Shown: positions 12,619 to 23,777, counted from the first letter of the whole stretch. The stretch: 63,865 bases of DNA, filler included, from Octopus bimaculoides (GCF_001194135.2; 5 parts of 5 records of this genome joined end to end with filler, not necessarily neighbours in it), one strand, 5' to 3'. Program-made: numbers and translations. The notes: generated by a model not told the origin, from the sequence alone.

Positions 12619-12701
12619 TTCGTAGAGTAACTGCTGCATTTGTTGAGTATATAAACAGTTTGGTTGCTTGTTTCTCTTGAAACTGTCAGAATGATGTGGG
12701 C

Positions 12702-12743
12702 GCCTCTGATGAGAACCCAATAAGGTTCGGAAATCGATAAGGT
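12702..12743 (+). ncRNA. Minimal type I hammerhead ribozyme motif, copy 1 (extra G before GAAA)
   Basis: Stem I GCCT/AGGT; CTGATGA 12706-12712; stem II GAACC-CAATAA-GGTTC; G-GAAA; palindromic stem III ATCGAT; predicted cut after A12739. Confidence 0.7.
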
Positions 12744-13002
12744 TGTTCATCATTTTTTCAGTCTACAGAGAAATGGCTAAGAATTTTCCGTTTATAATTA
12801 TACCATGCTACATATATATTATAATCTAACCTTGATAATGTGTGGACTAAGATCCAAGCTGACAGGCCACTGGTATTTATAGAATGTTAAATATTTTCGG
12901 TATGCAAATTAGGGACTCCTTCATAGAGTAACTGGAGCATTTGTAGAGTATATAAACAGTTTGGCTGCTTGCTTCTCTAGAGACTGTCAGAATGTTGTAG
13001 AC

Positions 13003-13045
13003 GCCTCTGATGAGAACCCAATAAGGTTCGAAAATCGGTTAAGGT
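13003..13045 (+). ncRNA. Minimal type I hammerhead ribozyme motif, copy 2 (core intact)
   Basis: Stem I GCCT/AGGT; CTGATGA 13007-13013; stem II GAACC/GGTTC closed by G-C; GAAA 13030-13033; near-palindromic stem III AATCGGTT; UUA triplet with cut after A13041. Confidence 0.85.
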
Positions 13046-13384
13046 ACTTCATCNNNNNNNNNNNNNNNNNNNNNNNNNNNNNNNNNNNNNNNNNNNNNNN
13101 NNNNNNNNNNNNNNNNNNNNNNNNNNNNNNNNNNNNNNNNNNNNNNNNNNNNNNNNNNNNNNNNNNNNNNNNNNNNNNNNNNNNNNNNNNNNNNNNNNNN
13201 NNNNNNNNNNNNNNNNNNNNNNNNNNNNNNNNNNNNNNNNNNNNNNNNNNNNNNNNNNNNNNNNNNNNNNNNNNNNNNNNNNNNNNNNNNNNNNNNNNNN
13301 NNNNNNNNNNNNNNNNNNNNNNNNNNNNNNNNNNNNNNNNNNNNNNNNNNNNNNNNNNNNNNNNNNNNNNNNNNNNNNNNNNNN

Positions 13385-13437
13385 GATCCTATGACCGCAA
13401 GTCCGCTGCCCTAACCACTGGGCCATTGCGCCTCCAC
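13385..13437 (-). mobile_element. tRNA-derived SINE head (family C type)
   Basis: Reverse complement gtggaggcgcaatggcccagtggttagggcagcggacttgcggtcataggatc has a tRNA D-arm and anticodon-arm-like layout with an A box; truncated by the gap. Confidence 0.8.
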
Positions 13438-13439
13438 TA

Positions 13440-14060
13440 ATCATACCATATGTTGCATAGATATGCAGATGTATACATACACATGCATGCACTCATACAT
13501 ATATACATATGTAAGTACATACATAGTCTAGATATGCATGAGAATACATACATAAAGCAAAACATATAAATCTGCACATATACATGCATAGAAACAAACA
13601 AAAATACCCTATTGTTAATATTGAAATTCCAATGAAGGAGCCTTGAATCTGGGTTAGAAACCGGCTCTTTCTCTATTGGCAAGACATTTTGAAATAAAAC
13701 TGAACAAGGATATACATACACTGGCGGTGGTCTAGTATGACCACAGACACATAAACACACCTATATGCGCTCATACATAAATACACACATACCTGTGTAC
13801 ACATGTTCTCACCAGTATGCACATACATGCATCTTCCATATGCAGCAAGCACTTTTGAGTATATATACATTCATACAAACATACATATGCAAATACATAA
13901 AATACATAGATGCACATACATAGATACACACTTACAAATATGTACATACATGCATACAAACACATGTATATATGTACAAAGACAGACACATATGCATGCA
14001 GATGTTCGCATATACATACACATCTGTACATGCAAACACATACAAACACACAAGTGTTTG
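13440..14060. repeat. Degenerate (CATA)/(CA) low-complexity tract
   Basis: Direct inspection. Confidence 0.85.
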
Positions 14061-14187
14061 CTCATCCTTCACAGTTAGCTTTATATCAATCAATTTTCTA
14101 ATTGGAAAAAAAATGCAGGGTAGAAAGGAAAAAAGGTAGAGAGAATAAAAGTAAAAAATAAGATTGGAACAAACAAAAAGATGAGAG

Positions 14188-14221
<34 letters not shown>

Positions 14222-14289
14222 GGAGCAAAACCAGAAGAAGGGAGAAAGTGAAAGTAAATGCAAAGGGAAGGCTACTGCTACTGCCCACA

Positions 14290-14452
14290 CAACAGCATTA
14301 CCACCACCACCACCACTACTACTACTACTACTACCGTAATCCCCCCCCTATCATCACTACTGCTACCACCATTATTAGTCCAACCTCTCCCAAACTATTA
14401 CCACTATTACTGTTACCACCACCACCGTCACCATTACTGCTAACACATCACC

Positions 14453-14495
<43 letters not shown>

Positions 14496-15070
14496 NNNNN
14501 NNNNNCCTTCCCCCAAACTATTACCACTATTACTGTTACCACCACCACCACCACCACCACCACCGTCACCATTACTGCTAACACATCACCACCTCAACAC
14601 CCCTTCCACTACTACCACCATTACTACTACATCACCAATACTAAAACTCTCAATTTTTTTTTCTTTCCTTTTTTTTCTTTTTCGTCGCCATCTTCTTTGT
14701 CCTCCTTTTTCTTGACCCTGTCATATCTTAACCTCTACCAGCAATGTTGTTTCGCAACACCTACAACTAATACTACCACTACTTCCTCACCTCACCTCAC
14801 CACTACTACCCTTCTGGATGATCCTTTCGCACCTCCACCAACACCGCAACCTTCGTTCCATCATCTTCTTTACAACCCACTTTTTCTACCCAACCTATTT
14901 TCTGATTCCCTCCTTTCTTTCTCTCTTTTCCGTTTCTAATAATTACTATTAATACCAACACATGCACGAAAAAATTCCACTACCACCAACAACGCTATCA
15001 CTAACTACAACTGCAACCACAACCACCACTACCACCACCACAACAACAACAACCACTACAGCATGAACGT
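14290..15070. repeat. (TAC)n/(CAC)n triplet repeats
   Basis: Direct inspection. Confidence 0.85.
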
Positions 15071-16479
15071 TTTACAGTTGCTTTACTTTCACTCCACATC
15101 TACTCCACTTCACTGCTCATTACCTCACACAAGTACTCATAACTAGGGCTAGTGACGACACATACGCATCCGCCACATCACCACCACCCCTCTCTCGCTT
15201 TGTCTTTCTCTGTCTCTTCACCCTACTCACAATTCACTGCCTTTTTTACTGTCTCCACTCAACCTCCACCCCTGCATCTGAAAATTCATTACTCATCTTT
15301 TACTAAACTCGTATTGTAACCAAGAGTAATGATATCGTCTGCATCTAAAATCTGGAAGAAATTGCAGTCAAATCTCCTGCAAATTGCACCCATAACCAAC
15401 CGTCTTACAAAACATCGGTAATATATTTGTGATTATGTACACAATAATGATTTCAATTTTTAGCACAAAACCAGCAATTTTAGGAGAAAGGGGTAGTTGA
15501 TTACATCGACCTCAGGGATTAGGTTCTTCCTCTAAGGTTTCACCACTTTCTAGAAAAATATTTCATCCACTTGAACTCTTCGTACATTTTTTACAGTGCT
15601 GGGGACTTCACTAACTGTCTATGGGTGTTCTTGTGGATTCTGCCGTTCCACAAGAACACCCAGACAAACATAACGCCTAACAACTATACCATGCTTGTTG
15701 CTAGAATTTCCAAGTGGGTTCCATAATTCATATGTTCGTATGGAGTCGTAAGCATTTAAATGCAGTCTCGATCACTAAAGACTTGTATTAGCTTTAGTCA
15801 ACATTTTGGGAGTGCATTTAAGACAAGAAACAAAATATGTCACGATATCTCCGCCTGTAACATTATAATTGTAATAAACTGAAAATTATTTGCTAACGAT
15901 GACATTATCCTGTATAAGATCAAAGGAAAGATATGCCAGCTTACAGTTTAAACCACGCTTAAAGATTGAGAACTATATATAACTGAAAACGAACAACCTG
16001 CACCATGACTGATCATACTCCTGCCCTATGACCATCACTCATAAACCTACTACACTATCCTACCACCACCATCATGACTACTACTACTACTACTACTACT
16101 TTTACCTGTTATATACATAATAACCATATATCCTTCAAATCACACGATATCGTCTCAGTTATAGAAATGACACATTGAATGATGTCGTTTCTGTTACCCT
16201 TAAAAACTGAGATGATCACAGAAACAATGCTTTAGGTTACAAATGCGCTTGATCTGATCTGGGTTCCCTTAATCTGACAATAGCAACAATACCTATTTAC
16301 ATAATTTGAAATCATGATAACATTTTACTGACTGCTGAGCAAAGATAGAGTTCGGTCATGTATTTGTATTATGAAAACACTTTGAACCTATGTATGTGAA
16401 TGTAAAAAAATATTTGAACTGTTGTCAGGAAAGTCACTGTAGCGAATATCTCATACTATTGATTTTAAATTTTGACACG

Positions 16480-16605
16480 AGGCTAGCAAGTTCGGCTGAG
16501 AGGGCTAGTTGATTACATCGACCTCAGTACTCAACTGGTACTTATTTTATCGACCCCGAAAGAGTGAAAGGCAAAGTCAACTTCAGTGAAATTTGAACTC
16601 AGGAA
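16480..16605 (-). mobile_element. Family-D SINE 3' part
   Basis: gattacatcgacctcagtactcaactggtacttattttatcgaccccgaaag..aaaggcaaagtc..atttgaactcag. Confidence 0.85.
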
Positions 16606-16699
16606 GTAATATCTCACATTATTAATGAGGAATACCAGTGATATGAACATAGATCCACAGATTTAAAGTTTGATTTCATCACACTTGATTTTAACTTCA

Positions 16700-17319
16700 G
16701 ATAAACTAACATCAATATACATAATATGGGGTTGGGTGGCAAATTCTAAAATCTAAGTATTTGTGTGTGTCTTTATTCTTGCAGTAGATATCTGTAGTAA
16801 GAGTTTCATTCCTAATTATCAGAATGCCCCCCAAAGGAAGTCCTCTTTCATTCATTTCCATAGTGACTAGGACTGATTCATTAATGCTATACATTAATTT
16901 AAGGAATCTTGTAAAGTCTTCCTTACTTCTTTTCCAGAATATAAAGCAGTCATCCAGAAATATTTTCCAATATTCTTTTAAATACGATAGAGAATGCTAA
17001 TCAGAAATAATTTCAGAATGAGCATAGATTTTTTTCCTCGAGTAATCCCAATACTAGTGTTCCGTATATGGGTGCAACATGAGTACCCATAGCTGTTCCT
17101 TTTATTTGAAGGTAATATTTGTTATCAAAGAACTTGTTATTTTCCAGCACCAATAATGATCCTTCTAACATAAAGTTTTGGAAATGTATCTTGCATTCAG
17201 TGCAGGTATTTTTTTAAAGCCAGAATTCTAGGACTACTAAATCATGGTGGATATTTGTGCAGAGGCTGGTCACATTCTGACTAGCCAGAATCCTCTCTAT
17301 ATTCACACTTTCTGGCACT

Positions 17320-17350
<31 letters not shown>

Positions 17351-17450
17351 TAATTTGTGGGTTAAAAAGGCAACCAATAGTTTCATATGAAGAGATCTTC
17401 ATAATTGTTCAAACGTACCACATGCAAGTGTTGGTACTCGTGTTACTCCA
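16700..17450 (-). pseudogene. Penelope-like element (PLE) reverse transcriptase remnant
   Basis: Minus-strand frames give NVTSLCTNIHHDL (xVTSLYTNIP motif), LENNKF..YLQIKGTAMGTHVAPIY, KIFLDDCFIFW (catalytic xxDD) and TMEMN..TDIYCK..THKYLDF..CHP; frameshifts and a (GT)n insertion at ~17320. Confidence 0.88.
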
Positions 17451-17881
17451 CCAATAAAGAATATTTATCCACCCATGCAGTTTAGAGCACTCATTTTTCA
17501 CTGTTCACTATTAGCGCGCGCGCGCGTGTAATTAAAAAAGTTGGAACTAACAAGGTGTACGGTTGGACATTTATTTGCAATCACTACAATTGATTCTATG
17601 CAATGTATTTTTTCAGGCTTGCAAGTATATGGTTATGTAACCGTTTCCATGAATTATGGATAGCACAGGATGAAATCTGAGGCTGGACGAGCTTTATACT
17701 GTACTCTACTATGTTCTTAACAGAATATATCGAAACTATAAACATATAAATACACGCATACACACACACATATAAATGTCGAATGATGAAATGAGTGTTC
17801 AACACTGCATTGGTGGATATATAATTTATTTGTGAATTAAGGCTCATATATATATATACAAGACAATCAGTTAGTTGTCAT

Positions 17882-17935
17882 AATAATACTCAGAGTTTCA
17901 GATGCCGGGGCTAAAAGATATTCTCATCAGTTATT
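17882..17935 (-). ncRNA. Minimal type I hammerhead motif (left arm, minus strand)
   Basis: Reverse complement AATAA-CTGATGA-gaatatcttttagccccggcatct-GAAACTCTGAGTA-TTATT; stem I perfect, stem II degraded. Confidence 0.6.
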
Positions 17936-17988
17936 AAAACAAAAACGCTATGAAAAAAAAAAACCTTTTTTCATAGCGCTTTTGTTTT

Positions 17989-18036
17989 AATAACTGATGA
18001 GGATGTCTTTTGGCATCTGAAACTCTGAGTACTGTT
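17989..18036 (+). ncRNA. Minimal type I hammerhead motif (right arm)
   Basis: CTGATGA 17994-18000; stem II GGATGTC-TTTT-GGCATCT; GAAAC 18019-18023; stem III ACTC-T-GAGT; GUA triplet; the first stem I pair is mismatched. Confidence 0.65.
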
Positions 18037-18431
18037 ATGATAACTAACTGATTATCCTATATTATATATTTATAGATAAATTCTTCTATTTATATAATGT
18101 CGAGGTCTCATTCATTCTTTTGTCATATTATTATTATTATTAATATATATATATATANNNNNNNNNNNNNNNNNNNNNNNNNNNNNNNNNNNNNNNNNNN
18201 NNNNNNNNNNNNNNNNNNNNNNNNNNNNNNNNNNNNNNNNNNNNNNNNNNNNNNNNNNNNNNNNNNNNNNNNNNNNNNNNNNNNNNNNNNNNNNNNNNNN
18301 NNNNNNNNNNNNNNNNNNNNNNNNNNNNNNNNNNNNNNNNNNNNNNNNNNTGTATGTAAGTATATATATATATAGACATGTGTGTGTATGTATTTATACA
18401 TATGCATTTAATTATATATCTGTGTGTACAT

Positions 18432-18502
<71 letters not shown>

Positions 18503-18518
18503 GACAGACAGACAGAAA

Positions 18519-18990
18519 CTAGCTGAATATCCCATCATCGCCAGGCAAGTTTCGCAAAAAATGCCTTAACTTCAATTTTCTATTCATATCAGGCCATGTC
18601 TTCCTCCGACGGTTAGGCCTCTTGAACAGGACGGATTTCTGCATTATTTGGAGCAATTGAAAATGTCTCGATGAACGAAGTTTTTGTTTTACCATTTGGT
18701 ACATAAATATGAAGATTTTTCTTACGTCCTACTCTTGAACATCCAACATAAAGCTGACTGCGAGTGAAGCAGGGCTCTGCAAGGTATAAACATGTAACTG
18801 AAAATGTTTGCCATTGAGATTTGTTGACAAAAATTAAAAAAAAACTCACTGAAAATTGGAGTTGTTTGAAATGAAATGGGACATCGCCTCCTGAGTCCAT
18901 ATATCAGAAGCTCTCGAACGCTTATCATCTAATCGAAGCGTCCTATGCTCGGGTGTTTCGTGAAAGCTTGCGATAGAAAAATATTCATAG
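18519..18990 (-). mobile_element. Helitron remnant with the PIF1-like helicase C-terminus and CTAG|T 3' end
   Basis: DVPFHFKQLQF..NKSQ.QT..PCFT..QLYVGCSRVG..LHIYVPNGKTK matches Helitron RepHel helicase motifs V/VI; the minus strand ends ...tcagCTAG followed by T at 18519/18518. The 5' boundary is approximate. Confidence 0.85.
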
Positions 18991-19049
18991 GCCTCAATTC
19001 TGTATAAATTACATGGTCTTTTTTCTTATAAAGTAATTTGCATGGAGAA

Positions 19050-19960
19050 CGATTTTCCATTTTAAGTTAAACTTTGATGTTAGTGGGTGATAGAGTATGA
19101 TAATTATACGGTGTTTGTATTAAAGCTTTTGGTGCATTTATGTAATGGATTGAAGTGTGTAGTCAAAACCTTGAAGAGAAGCTTTGATATTGGTGTTGTC
19201 ACCACAGTATTGCATGGGAGTGATGTATTACTATTTTGTCTCTTTTTGTTATTGTTAGTTGGCCTGTTATTTTCCACGACTGAGATTTTTGTCATTGTTG
19301 CTTTTTTAGAGAGAGAACGTCATTATGTAAACTTTTGCAATCGTTGATTATTTACTTATTAGCTGATAAGTTTGACAGTCAGAAAGAGATGTTTCTGCTA
19401 TTATTTTTAATGACATTTTGGAGTGACTCTTTCGATAAATATCGTTTAGAGTTTTATATGGACTTTAGTAAAGGCAATCTAGAGAATTGTTTAGATTTAA
19501 TGTCACAACAAGCAAATTTGTAATTGCTTTATTGGGATCAAAATTGTTTTTTTTTTTAATCTGTATCTGTTGAAAAGTATAGACTCTTTCTCAATTCATC
19601 AATTTGAGGTAGATTTAGTTTATTGATGGTTATTAACACACAATTACAATAAAAAGGTGCTTTCGAATCAGAGAATTTCTTTGCAAGGGTGAAAGATGTT
19701 TAAGTCCTTTGATATCATTGGTTACGACCGAATCACAGAGTTCTATATAATGTCGAATGACACAAATGTTGATGTCTTAATAGAGTTCACGTCATTAAGT
19801 AGGGTTTGGATTTTCCTTGTTAACAATATTATTTCAGCTTCATTATGCGGGTTTTTCAAAAACCTTTTGGAAAATTCAATGCGATCATAGGTCCTCAGTG
19901 ATAAAAACTAATAATCCTGCATATCAACTTAAGAATTTAGATTTTTGCTTATTGGATGGT
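19050..19960 (-). pseudogene. Heavily decayed second PLE-like RT/thumb remnant
   Basis: Minus strand gives VTLNLNN..YKTLNDIY and FKVLTTHFNPLHKCTKSFNTNTV*LSYS, resembling the PLE ..HKLHKIFNRNTVKLSYS motif; many stops. Confidence 0.55.
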
Positions 19961-20076
19961 GATCGGAAACATTCTATTGTAGTCTATATATTGTTTAGAG
20001 ACGATGGTTGTATCTAGAATTTTTGCCTTGAACTGTTTACGTTTGCGAAACTGAGATATTTTGGTCGGATTATATA

Positions 20077-21171
20077 CAGACTGTCCCCATTTAACGGCCG
20101 AGTTATTTTCCAACAGCCCCGTCGTTAAGCAAATTCGTCGTTAAACGAATATTCATAGCGTACGTATTTTATTTTATAGGTATAGTGTACTGTACGTACA
20201 TATAAAACAGAATACCGTACTGTATAAAGTATATGCAGTACAGGACCAAGAATCACTAACATAAATTGTTGAAAAATGAATGAGTAACAGTAAAATTATC
20301 ACAAGGAAAACCTTAAAAGTTAGGATATGGATACTGTTATTATTGTAGCTCAGACATCGTAAGTATGTTTGTGATTCCAGGCCCAGTACATAAGATGCCT
20401 AATAAACTTTTCTCAGGATTATATAGAAAAGGGGAAAAGGTTTAAAGGAAACTCAAACATAATAACTTTGTTTTACTTTGGATAAAGATTACAAAAGCAA
20501 CTCATTCTTGACATCAAAATGCATGAAAAATCCCATCAGTGTTGTTTGCTTTGTTATCTTCTTTTTTCGTCATAAATTTCTCGATAACATCGGAAAAGTT
20601 CAGTTGTCTCCCTTTCCACCTTGGAAAATCGCTCAAAATTCGGATCCATCGCCTCAAGTTCTAGCATAGCAGAATTAATCTTCGAGAAAACACTCGCTAA
20701 TCCTTTGACGATGAACTTCTTTTGAACTTCTTCTTGTTGTTCTTCATCCACGTGCTGCAATGCTTCCAATTCGATCAAATCTTCTGTAGTTAGCTCGACC
20801 TCTTCATATTCCACTAATTCTTGAATGCCGTTCACTTCCACTTCCAAATTCAGTTCATTAGTAAGGTCTACACCTCTTCGATTTATACTCCCGACATGTT
20901 CCTCATTATCGAAGCCTTCAAAGTCATTCACAAAACGTTTTAGGCATTTTTTTCCATATACCTTGCATACATTTTTCAGTCACTTCCTTCCAACTTGCAT
21001 AAATGTTCTTGATTCAGTCAGCGATGCTGTAGTTCTTCCAGAAATCACGAAGGCGCACAATACGACAGTCAAAGTTTTTATATTTTGTAAAATATGTAAT
21101 GACGGCTCGTAAAGTTCGTCGTAACTCCGAGTTGTCGTTAAATAGGTAGGTCGTTAAATGAGGACAGTCTG
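20077..21171 (-). mobile_element. Tigger/pogo (Tc1-mariner superfamily) internal-deletion derivative, 1095 bp, TA TSD
   Basis: TA|CAGACTGTCCCCATTTAACG ... CGTTAAATGAGGACAGTCTG|TA (20-bp TIR, 1 mismatch); retains only the transposase C-terminus LRDFWKNY..WKEVTEKCMQGIWKK..FEGF..DPNFERFSKV..CYREIYDEK. Confidence 0.93.
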
Positions 21172-21896
21172 TAGTTATCGGTTTTACACTTCTTTCTATA
21201 TTCTGTAACTGTCACAATATACAAACACTTCTCATGACACCAGCACACAATTTAAAGATGCTTACATTTTTTATATCTTTCGTGAAGTTTCCACGGGGCC
21301 AGCTAGTTAAAGATTAACGTGTGAAGCCTATAAAAGGCTGGTCGACTAAAAAATGCTACAACAGAAATCAGTCTCGCTTCAAAGTCAACTTTGTCTTTTA
21401 ACCTTTCCGTGTCAATAAAAATGTACCAATCTAAGGCGGTGGATTGACAGAACTATAAGAATATCGGACTGGATGATTTGGAATATTCTTCTGGCTCTTT
21501 GTAAATCCTACCGTGGCTCAGTCGAGTGACAGACTTAATCCACTGCTCGTTTCAACACCACCTCCTGACACCAATGGTGCCTTTAGCAGTGTTCACTTTG
21601 TTGCAAACGATTATACCATGTTTCCGGTCTCAGAAGCACTGTAATTAGTTGTGGGCAGCACCACCTTGCCTCCTGACTAAGAAATTTTAACATGGTAAAA
21701 AGATGAAAGTAACTTTACACATAATTAAGGTTTATTGGCAGGTGAGCTTCTTTGATATTTCGAAATATTTATTAACGACAGGGATATACAGAGATTAGTC
21801 ACTTTGTAATATTCTTTAGTTCATTTACATTCTCTCTTCTCTCCGGCTTTCCTTCTCCCTCATTCCTCACTAGCATTTCCTTATATGACCATACGT

Positions 21897-22220
21897 GCTG
21901 GCGTGGATGTGTGGTAAGAAGCTTAATTTCTAACCACATGGTTCTGGGTTCAGTCGCACTGCGCGGCATTTTGAGCACGTGTCTTTTACTATAACTTCGG
22001 ATTGGCCAAAGTCTTATGAGTAGATTTGATTAACGGAAACGGAAAGAAGCCCGTCGTATATTTGTGTGTGTGTGTTTCTATGTTTTTCCCCACCACAAAT
22101 TGACAACTAAGCTTAAATGAAAAAATAAATGCTGGGGTTAATTCATTAGACTATAAATTCTTCAAGGGGGTGCCCCCAGCATGTCTGCAGTCTAATGACT
22201 GAAACATGTAAAAGATAAAA
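21897..22220 (+). mobile_element. Decayed family-A-type SINE
   Basis: Head gtgtggtaagaagctt..ggttcagtc.cactg; 3' end cagtctaatgactgaaacatgtaaaagataaaag. Confidence 0.85.
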
Positions 22221-22317
22221 GTTAGCTATATGTATATCAAGTAGTAGGATTAGTCAAGTGATTTTGGTAAAAGCAGTTGGTTAGTCTCTTAGCATACGAT
22301 TTTTGTACCTATACTCT

Positions 22318-22552
22318 GTTACTCTTTTACTTGTTTCAGTCATTTGACTGTGGCCATGCTGGAGCACCGCTTTTAATCGAGCAAATCGACCCCAGGACTT
22401 ATTCTTTGGAAGCCTAGTACTTATTCTATCGGTCTCTTTTGCCAAACCACTAGGTTACGGGGACGTAAACACACCAGCATCGGTTGTCAAGTGATGTTGG
22501 GGGAGGGACAAACACAAACACATAAATATATACACACACATACATATATATA
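22318..22552 (-). mobile_element. Family-A SINE 3' half
   Basis: tactcttttacttgtttcagtcatttgactgtggccatgctggagcacc..; runs into the gap. Confidence 0.9.
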
Positions 22553-23683
22553 NNNNNNNNNNNNNNNNNNNNNNNNNNNNNNNNNNNNNNNNNNNNNNNN
22601 NNNNNNNNNNNNNNNNNNNNNNNNNNNNNNNNNNNNNNNNNNNNNNNNNNNNNNNNNNNNNNNNNNNNNNNNNNNNNNNNNNNNNNNNNNNNNNNNNNNN
22701 NNNNNNNNNNNNNNNNNNNNNNNNNNNNNNNNNNNNNNNNNNNNNNNNNNNNNNNNNNNNNNNNNNNNNNNNNNNNNNNNNNNNNNNNNNNNNNNNNNNN
22801 NNNNNNNNNNNNNNNNNNNNNNNNNNNNNNNNNNNNNNNNNNNNNNNNNNNNNNNNNNNNNNNNNNNNNNNNNNNNNNNNNNNNNNNNNNNNNNNNNNNN
22901 NNNNNNNNNNNNNNNNNNNNNNNNNNNNNNNNNNNNNNNNNNNNNNNNNNNNNNNNNNNNNNNNNNNNNNNNNNNNNNNNNNNNNNNNNNNNNNNNNNNN
23001 NNNNNNNNNNNNNNNNNNNNNNNNNNNNNNNNNNNNNNNNNNNNNNNNNNNNNNNNNNNNNNNNNNNNNNNNNNNNNNNNNNNNNNNNNNNNNNNNNNNN
23101 NNNNNNNNNATATATATATATATATAAGTCTGTATGTATGTGTGTATATATTTGTTTACATATGTTTATATGTGTGTATATAATTTATGTATATGTGGGT
23201 ATGCGTGCGTTACGTCTGTGTCATCATTTTTATGTGTGTAGACGGATGTATATGTGTGTATGTGTGGACATACACATAACTTACAAATGTCACTTTATTT
23301 GGTCCTTTTTTCTTTTCCATTTTCCCCCCATTTCTTTTCCCTTTCCTGTCTTTATATTACTTTATCTTTCCTAAGTAATAAACATCCCCTGCTTTTGTGT
23401 GCCGACTTCCTCCCATTGACCCCAGATGGACGTTAATCCGATTAGAATCTTCTGTAGCCACACCATAAATCAGAGTGTGCAGCTAACTAAATGAAACCAC
23501 ACCCCAATATATCACATTAAAGTAATCTGTGAGTAGGGCACGACATTGGCTCTTTATCATTTCCACTTTCCATTCCACATTTTTTTATTCTTTAAAATGT
23601 ACAACTCTTTCCAAGCCCATTTTATTTATTTATTTATTCTGCCTTATTCATTACAGCAGATAATTTTCAACAGAATGGCCTCA

Positions 23684-23777
23684 TGTACCTGATGAAAAAG
23701 GACACTGAATAGCTATGAAACATTAATAATGCTACAGTAATAGACACTTGATTCCCTTTTGAAACAGCTGTAGTATA
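23684..23777 (+). ncRNA. Type I hammerhead motif with an expanded stem II loop
   Basis: Stem I TGTAC/GTATA; CTGATGA 23689-23695; stem II AAAAGG/CCTTTT enclosing 53 nt; GAAAC 23761; palindromic stem III ACAGCTGT; GUA triplet. Confidence 0.6.

Larger units (their letters stand above)
12621..13053 (+). repeat. Diverged direct repeat (~133 bp, 301-bp period) carrying the hammerheads; Penelope-LTR or retrozyme-like
   Basis: 12621-12752 aligns with 12922-13053 (c.tagagtaactg..gcatttgt.gagtatataaacagtttgg.tgcttg..actgtcagaatg..gcctctgatgag); the sequence then enters an N gap. Confidence 0.85.
17862..18056. repeat. ~195-bp imperfect palindrome made of two inverted hammerhead-containing repeats
   Basis: The left arm 17862-17958 is the reverse complement of the right arm 17966-18056; each arm carries CTGATGA...GAAACTCTGAGTA. 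Confidence 0.92.

Noticed and set aside
13385-13437. tRNA gene
   Set aside because: Only a SINE-type tRNA-like head; no complete cloverleaf is visible.
13625-13680. ccaatgaaggagcc..ggttaGAAACCGGCT hammerhead-like motif
   Set aside because: The CUGANGA core is absent.
14385-14595. ~70-bp direct repeat on either side of a 10-N gap (similar case at 47776-47930)
   Set aside because: Most likely overlapping contig ends left unmerged.
21470-21650. Open frame GIFFWLFVNPTVAQSS...SEAL
   Set aside because: In-frame stop just upstream, no convincing splice sites and no recognisable family.
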